64,000 bases of DNA from an uncultured bacterium (lineage in GTDB: Bacteria > Bacillota > Clostridia > Oscillospirales > CAG-272): positions 17,488-81,487 of the forward strand of contig CASDOQ010000015.1 of the NCBI GenBank assembly GCA_949282345.1, in the 5' to 3' direction. Shown here in pieces: positions 18,462 to 25,263 of this stretch (the stretch's first letter is position 1; the number at the start of each line of letters is the position of its first letter). The translations under genes were made by a program, and so were the position numbers. Under the pieces are notes generated by a model, which was given only the letters and a program-made list of their open reading frames with translations, ran no database searches and had not been told where the DNA came from.

Positions 18462-19247
18462 TTATTTTTCCCCGGGCGGGTGGCGCAAGCAGAAATGCAC
18501 TGTGCGCCGGGCGCGCCCGAGCAAGAATACGGGATAGACCGGAACGGTAGCCAGACCTCCGGTGAGGAAAATGAGGAGAACGGCCGGCAGGCCGGCCAGC
18601 GAATAGCGCATCGTCTCGCGCGGGTGGGCAGAAAAGATCCGACGCGACATTTTACTGGCCATGGCGTAACCGACCTGCGGGAAGCTGACGAGAATCGCCG
18701 GCAGGAATGCCCGCCGCGCCCGATCGCGGAAATAGAAAGGCAGAAAGGCCGTCCACGCAGCAAAAGCCGGCAGACACAAAAGATTTCCCTGTGCAGAGAG
18801 CAGGAGGGCCGGCAAAAGCCCCGCCGTCACCGAAAACCGGCGCACCGCCTGCCCAAGACCAAAAAGAACCGCTGCGCGGTGCCGAACGGGAGAGAGATAA
18901 AAGGCAGGAAGATAGGAGAGCGGTTCCTCCGCTCCCGTTACGCAGGCATACGCATACGCCGCAAGCCCGAGGTCGTAGGGGGCCAGGAGAAACGCGCTGA
19001 AAAGCGTCGAGAGCAGGAGGGTCACCCCCGCCACCGGGAAGATTCCGAACGATCGCACGAAGACCGGATAATACCCGCCGGCCGCAAGCGTCAGGGGAAT
19101 GGCGAAAAAAAGCAGGAGCGAAGCAAGCCAGAATAAAGACACCGGCACGCGCAGAGAGGCGCAGGCCCGCCGGTAATTCGGATCGGCCGCCGTGCGCTTC
19201 TCCTCGCAAAGAAAAGTATTGTTTACAAAAAATGCAAAGCTCTCCAT
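18462..19247 (-). CDS. Hypothetical polytopic membrane protein
   Basis: ATG 19247 follows AGAGGTGA. The protein has 6-7 hydrophobic segments and no recognisable motif. Confidence 0.55.
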   Translation of the reverse strand: MESFAFFVNNTFLCEEKRTAADPNYRRACASLRVPVSLFWLASLLLFFAIPLTLAAGGYYPVFVRSFGIFPVAGVTLLLSTLFSAFLLAPYDLGLAAYAYACVTGAEEPLSYLPAFYLSPVRHRAAVLFGLGQAVRRFSVTAGLLPALLLSAQGNLLCLPAFAAWTAFLPFYFRDRARRAFLPAILVSFPQVGYAMASKMSRRIFSAHPRETMRYSLAGLPAVLLIFLTGGLATVPVYPVFLLGRARRTVHFCLRHPPGEK

Positions 19248-19408
19248 AGATTTCACCTCTTTGCAAGGCTTCCCGCAAAAGGTGAAAATTATACAGCCCC
19301 GAAAAATTTTCCGGCCGGAACACGGTTATATTACAGTATATCACATCCGGGCGCGTATTACAAGATTTTTCAAAGAAACAGAAATTTTTTGCCGGCGCCG
19401 GAGCGGGA

Positions 19409-19437
19409 TTGACTTCCGCTCTTTTTTTTGGTATACT
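19409..19437 (+). promoter_or_regulatory. Sigma-A-type promoter of holB-ricT
   Basis: TTGACT (19409-19414), 17 nt with TGg, TATACT (19432-19437). Confidence 0.6.
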
Positions 19438-19467
19438 GTAGGTTGAATACCGAAGAAGGAGGCCGAT

Positions 19468-20505
19468 ATGCGCGAGTTTTTTCCGGCGGTTTACGGGAAT
19501 CGGGAAAACCGGGCAGCCCTGGCCGCCTCACTTTTGCGGAACGCCCTGCCGCACGCGTTGATCTTTGCCGGAGAAGAAGGGAGCGGAAAGCACCTGCTTG
19601 CCGGAGAGGTGGCCGCTGCTCTCCTGTGTGAAGAAGCGGCAAATACTACCCGCCCGCTCCCCTGCGGCGTTTGCCGGAATTGCCGTAAGGCGGCCGAGGG
19701 GCTTTCGCCTGATATCACGTATCTCACCCCCGAAGAAGGAAAGAGCCGGATCACGGTCGATCAGATCCGCGCCATGCGCTCGGATATGTATCTGGCCGCC
19801 AACGACGGAGACCGGAAGGTCTATATCATCGGGGAGGCCGATGCCATGAACACCGCCGCGCAAAACGCCCTCCTGATCTCCTTGGAAGAGCCGCCCGACG
19901 GCGTTTATATCTTTCTCCTGTGCGAGTCACCCGAAGTGCTCCTTCCCACCGTGCGGAGCCGCTGCCAGCTCCTGCGGATGCAGTTGTTCGAACCCGATGC
20001 ACTCTCTGCCTATCTGATCGAGAACGAGCCTCGTGCCCAACGTCTTGCGGAAGAATCCGAAGAGAAATACCGTATCCTTCTCGAAGCATCGCACGGACGG
20101 ATCGGAGAGGCCAAACGCCTTCTCTCGACATCGGCGCTCGGGGTCGCCATGCGGGAAAGAGAGCTTTGCGACGCGGTGCTGAACGCCATCGGCGGACGTT
20201 CCTACGCCGCGCTCCTTACCGCCTTCTCCGCCTTCCCAGCCGAGCGGCGCGAGAGCCTTGCCGAAATGCTCACCCTGCTTTCCGACGGGGTGCGTGATCT
20301 GATCCTCATCAAGCGCGATGCCGACGTTCCCTTGACGTATTTTTATGACAGAGAAAAGGCCGCCGGGCTGTCGGAGGGGATAGGGATGCGCCGTCTGTTC
20401 AATCTGGAAGACGCCATTGACACCGCCCTTGGCGATCTTGAAAGAAACGCAAACACAACTTTGCTTTTACAGCATTTGTGTAATACCGTCCGAAAATTTT
20501 ATTAA
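19468..20505 (+). CDS. holB: DNA polymerase III delta-prime subunit
   Basis: ...HALIFAGEEGSGKHLLAGEVAAALLCEE...CGVCRNCRK (Zn module)...TVRSRCQLLRM (SRC motif). The synteny holB-yaaT-methyltransferase-rsmI matches Bacillus. Confidence 0.85.
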   Translation: MREFFPAVYGNRENRAALAASLLRNALPHALIFAGEEGSGKHLLAGEVAAALLCEEAANTTRPLPCGVCRNCRKAAEGLSPDITYLTPEEGKSRITVDQIRAMRSDMYLAANDGDRKVYIIGEADAMNTAAQNALLISLEEPPDGVYIFLLCESPEVLLPTVRSRCQLLRMQLFEPDALSAYLIENEPRAQRLAEESEEKYRILLEASHGRIGEAKRLLSTSALGVAMRERELCDAVLNAIGGRSYAALLTAFSAFPAERRESLAEMLTLLSDGVRDLILIKRDADVPLTYFYDREKAAGLSEGIGMRRLFNLEDAIDTALGDLERNANTTLLLQHLCNTVRKFY

Positions 20506-20531
20506 TGAAAGTTTTATTGAGGTTGATAGAG

Positions 20532-22001
20532 ATGAACGAAGAAAAAGAACCGATCGATACGGCTCAAGAGGCCGCTCCCTGCCGCCGGGAAGACCTGAAG
20601 ACAGAAAACGCCGTTTCGGAAGCAGACCGCAAATCGCTTGCCGATAGCGCAGAGGATACCGCAGGCGCGGATTCCGAAAGCCGTGCCGAGGTCGCAAAAA
20701 CGTTGACCGATACCCCTTCTTCCGACGGCTCCGGGACCCCCGAAAAAAGCAGCGCTTCCGATTCCTTTTTCCCGGCTGAAAAGAAGGAAAAAGCCCCCGA
20801 AGAAACCGTTGAAGTGGTGGGGGTGCGTTTTCGTTCCGCTGGGAAGTCCTACTATTTTGATCCGGGTCGGCTGAAGCTCCGCGTCGGAGATGCGGTGATC
20901 GTTGAGACGGCACGCGGCATTGAATTTGGAACCGTAAATATTGCCAACCGCCAGGTGCCGCTCAGCACCGTGACGCCGCCGCTCCGTATCGTCATGCGGC
21001 TGGCTAACGAAAATGACCGGGAACGCAACCGCCGCAACCGTGAGCAGGAGGCCGAGGCCGTCCGCATCTGCCGCGAGAAAGTGGCGCGCCATAAACTCGA
21101 GATGGATCTTGTCAGTGCGGAATACACCTTTGATAATTCCAAACTTCTCTTCTATTTTACCGCAGAGGGGCGCGTCGACTTCCGTGACCTCGTGCGCGAC
21201 CTGGCCTCTACCTTTCATACGCGGATCGCACTGCGCCAGATCGGCATCCGGGACGAAGCAAAGTTCCTCGGCGGGCTCGGTGCCTGCGGTCGCCCTTACT
21301 GTTGCGCGACTTTCCTGCCCGATTTCACGCAGGTCTCGATCAAAATGGCGAAAGAGCAGAATTTTTCTCTGAATTCCGCCAAAATCTCCGGCGCGTGCGG
21401 GCGGCTGATGTGCTGTCTGCGGTATGAACACGAAAGTTACGAGGCCGCACTCAAAACCACCCCGGGTACCGGTTCGCTCGTCTCGACCCCCGAGGGCGAG
21501 GGGATCGTGATCGAAACGCGCCCGCTTTTACAACAGGTGAAGGTACGTCTCACCGACAAACCCGAAACGCCCCACCTTTTCTCGTGCGGAGAGCTTTCCG
21601 TCCTCCGCACGGCAAAGGCACAAAGACGCGAGCAGAACGCTGTGGACAAGAACGCCTCGCCCGCCGCTGAAGAAGAAACGCAAGAGCGTGAAAAAAGGAA
21701 CGGAAAGGGCGTTGACCTATCTTCCGAAATGCCCGACAATCAGCCCGGGAGCCGTACCGGGAACCAATCCGAAGGTCGGCAGAACGGCCGATCTGATCAC
21801 CGCGGGGAAAATCGGCAAAACGGCCGCCCCGAAAAGAAACAGGGAGGCCGCCGAGGCGGTCGCCTCGATCACCGCGGAGGCAACCGGCAAAACGGCCACC
21901 CGGACAACCGACAGGGAAACCGTCCTCAAAAAACTCCCGGGAAAGACGAAGAAACGCCTCCGCAGACCACGCCGGAGAGAACTTCCGAAACAAATGAATG
22001 A
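20532..22001 (+). CDS. ricT: PSP1-domain regulator RicT/YaaT homolog with long low-complexity N- and C-terminal extensions
   Basis: The core reads VVGVRFRSAGKSYYFDPGRLKLRVGDAVIVETARGIEFGTV...CGRPYCCATFL...CGRLMCCLRYE (PSP1 C-terminal Cys motifs). I prefer ATG 20532 (GAGGT RBS) over ATG 20505, which has no RBS. Confidence 0.8.
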   Translation: MNEEKEPIDTAQEAAPCRREDLKTENAVSEADRKSLADSAEDTAGADSESRAEVAKTLTDTPSSDGSGTPEKSSASDSFFPAEKKEKAPEETVEVVGVRFRSAGKSYYFDPGRLKLRVGDAVIVETARGIEFGTVNIANRQVPLSTVTPPLRIVMRLANENDRERNRRNREQEAEAVRICREKVARHKLEMDLVSAEYTFDNSKLLFYFTAEGRVDFRDLVRDLASTFHTRIALRQIGIRDEAKFLGGLGACGRPYCCATFLPDFTQVSIKMAKEQNFSLNSAKISGACGRLMCCLRYEHESYEAALKTTPGTGSLVSTPEGEGIVIETRPLLQQVKVRLTDKPETPHLFSCGELSVLRTAKAQRREQNAVDKNASPAAEEETQEREKRNGKGVDLSSEMPDNQPGSRTGNQSEGRQNGRSDHRGENRQNGRPEKKQGGRRGGRLDHRGGNRQNGHPDNRQGNRPQKTPGKDEETPPQTTPERTSETNE

Positions 22002-22050
22002 TCCGTTATATCGTAAATTGCATCAGTTAGGATTTTTTTCAAAAAAACAC

Positions 22051-22078
22051 TTGATTTTTTCTGTTTGTATGTTACAAT
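22051..22078 (+). promoter_or_regulatory. Sigma-A-type promoter of the ferredoxin gene
   Basis: TTGATT (22051-22056), 16 nt, TACAAT (22073-22078). Confidence 0.5.
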
Positions 22079-22110
22079 AATACCGATATTCTATTAGGAG
22101 GTACATTCTC

Positions 22111-22287
22111 ATGGCATATGCAATCAGTGATGACTGCCTGGCTTGCGGCGCGTGCGCCGAGGGCTGCCCTGTCGAAGCTATTTCGGAGGGTGACGGCAAA
22201 TACGTAATCGACGCCGACAAGTGCATCGATTGCGGCTCGTGCGCGGATGTTTGTCCCGTTGGCGCTCCTGCTCCCAAGAAAGACTAA
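22111..22287 (+). CDS. Clostridial-type 2x[4Fe-4S] ferredoxin (58 aa)
   Basis: The gene is below the ORF-track size cut-off. AGGAGG precedes ATG 22111. The protein is MAYAISDDCLACGACAEGCPVEAISEGDGKYVIDADKCIDCGSCADVCPVGAPAPKKD, with two CxxCxxCxxxCP motifs. Confidence 0.9.
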   Translation: MAYAISDDCLACGACAEGCPVEAISEGDGKYVIDADKCIDCGSCADVCPVGAPAPKKD

Positions 22288-22289
22288 AA

Positions 22290-22335
22290 CCATAAAGAAA
22301 GCGGGGCGGCTTTTACCACCCCGCTTTCTTTATGG
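22290..22335 (+). terminator. Terminator-like 17-bp perfect hairpin after the ferredoxin gene
   Basis: CCATAAAGAAAGCGGGG-12 nt loop-CCCCGCTTTCTTTATGG. The T-rich tract lies inside the 3' arm. Confidence 0.5.
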
Positions 22336-22421
22336 TTAAAAAGCCTCCGAAAATCTACTGTTGAAGGCCGAGAACCGCAAAAAACAAAAAAGAGGAAAAT
22401 GCCGTCAGGAAAGGAGTCTGT

Positions 22422-23210
22422 ATGGAGACCGAAAGAAACCCTGCCGATCCTGCGGAATATCGGGAGCCGCTCGGAAACGGGCATTCCATCCTGCTCCGCC
22501 GCGACGCGCTTCCGCTCGGAACCGATGCGCTCCTTTTAGCGGGGATGCTTCCCTACCGTCCCGACGATACGGCGCTCGAGATCGGCGCCGGGACGGGCGC
22601 CGTATCGGTCCTTTCTGCCCTGCGGGGGAAATTTTCAAGGATCGACGCCGTGGAGATCGACCCGGTCTTAGCGGCACTTGCCCGCCGTAACGCCGAGGAT
22701 AATCGCCTTTCGGAAGTTTTACACATTCTGCAGGCAGATGCACGCACGCTCCCGGCAACGCACGCCTATCACGCGGTCTTTATGAACCCGCCTTACAGAG
22801 CTGCGGGGAGCGGTCGCCCCTGCCGTTTTCATCTGGCAGATATTTCGCGTTACGAACGCGCGGGTACGATCGCACAACTTTGCCGGGCGGCCTCCGACTC
22901 TCTCAGAAAAGACGGGAGACTGTACGTCGTGTATCCCGCCGCACGCCTGTCCGCCCTGCTTTCCGCGTTTCGGGAGGCGGAGCTTTCTCTGCGCCGGCTG
23001 ACACAGGTCTCTGCCTTTCCCGACGCGCCGCCGGCCCTCTGTCTCTGCACGGCGGCACCGGGTATTTCCGACGGCGGAAAAGCTCCCGCGGCGCGCATCA
23101 CCCCTCCTCTTTTTCTGCACGAAAAAAGAGGGGATAAAGAAGACAGCCCCGCCGCCCGCACTCTCTACCTGACCGGGTCACTGCCCGGAGAATGGAGCCG
23201 CTATGACTGA
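22422..23210 (+). CDS. SAM-dependent methyltransferase, tRNA (adenine-N6) TrmN6/YabB-like
   Basis: LEIGAGTGAVS (motif I) and VFMNPPY (NPPY). The position between ricT and rsmI matches Bacillus yabB. Confidence 0.7.
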   Translation: METERNPADPAEYREPLGNGHSILLRRDALPLGTDALLLAGMLPYRPDDTALEIGAGTGAVSVLSALRGKFSRIDAVEIDPVLAALARRNAEDNRLSEVLHILQADARTLPATHAYHAVFMNPPYRAAGSGRPCRFHLADISRYERAGTIAQLCRAASDSLRKDGRLYVVYPAARLSALLSAFREAELSLRRLTQVSAFPDAPPALCLCTAAPGISDGGKAPAARITPPLFLHEKRGDKEDSPAARTLYLTGSLPGEWSRYD

Positions 23211-24066
23211 AAAGAACCGAACCGAAAAAGCAACCCTCTATCTTGTAGCCACTCCGATCGGAAATCTCTCCGACCTTTCCCCCCGGGCGCTCAAGGTGCT
23301 CTCCGAAGTTGACTTCATCGCCGCGGAAGATACGCGCAACAGTCTGAAACTGCTGACGCACTTCTCTCTCCGTCGCCCGCTCGTTTCCTACCACGAGCAC
23401 AACCGCGCGGAACGCGGTCCCGAGATCGTGGCGAGGCTCCTTGCCGGGGAAAGCTGTGCGCTCGTCACCGACGCCGGCATGCCCGCCGTCAGCGATCCCG
23501 GCGAGGATCTTGTGCGCCTGGCGGCAGAAGCGGGGATCACCGTGCGCTGTATTCCCGGCTGTTGTGCCGCCGTAACGGCGCTGGCTCTTTCGGGACTCCC
23601 GACCGGGCGTTTCGCCTTTGAAGGCTTCCTCCCGACCGAACGGGCAGACCGCCGGGCGCGGCTTAGCGTTCTGCGCGCCGAAGAACGGACGACGGTGCTT
23701 TATGAAGCCCCCCACCGGCTGAAACGCACGCTGGCGGAACTTTTTGAGGCCCTCGGGGAACGACCGCTGGCACTCTGCCGCGAACTCACCAAGCTGAACG
23801 AGGAGGTCATACGCACGACCCTCGCAGGGGCGATCGCACTCTACGACACGCAGGAGCCGCGCGGGGAATACGTCCTGATCCTCGGTGGGGCCTCTCCTGC
23901 GCCGGCCGAAGATCCTCTCCTTTCTCTCTCCCCGGAGGAACACGTCCGGCATTATGAAAAAAACGGGCTTTCCCGCATGGAGGCCATCAAAGCCGCCGCT
24001 CGCGACCGTGGGATCCCGAAAAGCGCCTTGTATAATTCTCTCCAAACGAAGAATACCATAAATTGA
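23203..24066 (+). CDS. rsmI: 16S rRNA (cytidine1402-2'-O)-methyltransferase
   Basis: LYLVATPIGNLSDLSPRALKVLSEVDFIAAEDTR...VTDAGMPAVSDPG. There is an 8-nt overlap with the upstream gene. Confidence 0.9.
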   Translation: MTEKNRTEKATLYLVATPIGNLSDLSPRALKVLSEVDFIAAEDTRNSLKLLTHFSLRRPLVSYHEHNRAERGPEIVARLLAGESCALVTDAGMPAVSDPGEDLVRLAAEAGITVRCIPGCCAAVTALALSGLPTGRFAFEGFLPTERADRRARLSVLRAEERTTVLYEAPHRLKRTLAELFEALGERPLALCRELTKLNEEVIRTTLAGAIALYDTQEPRGEYVLILGGASPAPAEDPLLSLSPEEHVRHYEKNGLSRMEAIKAAARDRGIPKSALYNSLQTKNTIN

Positions 24067-24113
24067 AGACAACGCATAGCCCTGCAAAATTGAAACGAAG
24101 GAATTTCAACGAC

Positions 24114-25148
24114 ATGGAAAAACTGATTTTTTTTGATGCCAAGCCCTACGAAATCGAAGCCTTCCGCCCTTATGCCGAACAGGGCGAATTCGACCTGCGT
24201 TTCGTGGATGCACGGCTCACTCCCGATACCGCTCCGCTCAGCGCCGGGGCAGACGGGGTCTGTGTTTTTGTCAACGACACGGTGGATGCCGCCGTGATCG
24301 ATATCCTGCAAAAGAACGGCGTGCGGGCACTGGGCCTGCGATGCGCCGGATTTAACAACGTAGATCTGGCCCACGCCTACGGCCGGATACACGTGACGCA
24401 TGTCCCCGCCTATTCTCCCTACGCGGTGGCCGAACACGCCATGGCGCTTCTGCTGACCTCGGTGCGGCGCATCCACAAGGCCTACCTTCGGACGCGCGAC
24501 TCAAACTTCAGTCTTTCCGGGCTCGTCGGCTTTGACCTGCACGGAAAAACGATCGGCGTGGTGGGAACCGGCCGGATCGGACAGGCTTTTATTTCGATCT
24601 GCCGCGGGTTCGGCATGAACGTCATCGCCTACGATAAATACCCGAAGCCCGACGGGGATATCGATTACGTTTCCTTGGAGGAACTCTACCGTACCTCGGA
24701 CATCATCTCCTTCCACTGCCCGTTGACCGAAGATACCCGTCATCTATTCTCGCGGCAGACCCTGCCGCTCTTAAAGCGCGGCGTCATCCTCATCAATACC
24801 TCGCGCGGCGCGTTGGTCGACTCCGAAGCGCTTCTCACCGGCATCAAGGATCGCATTATCGGTGCGGCCTGCCTCGACGTTTATGAGGAGGAGGGAGATA
24901 TCTTCTTTGAAGACCGCTCCGGCCATATCATCGACGACGATACGCTGGCACGGCTGATCTCGATGCCCAACGTCCTGCTGACCTCCCATCAGGCTTTCCT
25001 TACCCGCGAGGCGCTTGACGCGATTGCGAAGACCACCATGCAGAATTTCCGGGATCTGCTCCGGAACGGCTTCTCCGAAAACGAACTTTGCTACCGTTGC
25101 GGCAGGATAGACGTCTGCCGCCGGGAAAAGCGGCAACGCTGTTTCTAA
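24114..25148 (+). CDS. ldhA: D-lactate dehydrogenase (D-isomer-specific 2-hydroxyacid dehydrogenase)
   Basis: ATG 24114 follows GAAGGAA. ...LRCAGFNNVDL...VPAYSPYAVAEHAMALLL...GVVGTGRIGQAF...NTSRGALVD...HQAFLT is collinear with LdhA. Confidence 0.85.
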   Translation: MEKLIFFDAKPYEIEAFRPYAEQGEFDLRFVDARLTPDTAPLSAGADGVCVFVNDTVDAAVIDILQKNGVRALGLRCAGFNNVDLAHAYGRIHVTHVPAYSPYAVAEHAMALLLTSVRRIHKAYLRTRDSNFSLSGLVGFDLHGKTIGVVGTGRIGQAFISICRGFGMNVIAYDKYPKPDGDIDYVSLEELYRTSDIISFHCPLTEDTRHLFSRQTLPLLKRGVILINTSRGALVDSEALLTGIKDRIIGAACLDVYEEEGDIFFEDRSGHIIDDDTLARLISMPNVLLTSHQAFLTREALDAIAKTTMQNFRDLLRNGFSENELCYRCGRIDVCRREKRQRCF

Positions 25149-25208
25149 GATCGGGCCAAACAAAAGGCTGTGCCGCAAGACCCGAAAAAGCTGTACCGCA
25201 CCACGTAC

Positions 25209-25236
25209 AAAAGGCTGTGCTTTTGCACAGCCTTTT
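25209..25236. terminator. Bidirectional terminator between ldhA and the 25264 gene
   Basis: AAAAGGCTGTGC-tttt-GCACAGCCTTTT. Confidence 0.75.
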
Positions 25237-25263
25237 GCTTTGGAATGTAATGTTATCTTTGCT

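Noticed and set aside
20505-20531. ATG 20505 (ricT), GTG 59409 (hsdR), GTG 46806 (324-aa ORF), GTG 19256 (membrane protein) and other longest-ORF starts from the track.
   Set aside because: In each case a downstream ATG has a properly spaced Shine-Dalgarno sequence, while the longest start has none or lies inside a hairpin or an upstream gene.
22023-22293. Minus-strand ORFs 22023..22277 and 22072..22293.
   Set aside because: They lie opposite a textbook 2x[4Fe-4S] ferredoxin gene on the + strand. That gene has a perfect RBS, two CxxCxxCxxxCP motifs, a promoter and a hairpin.
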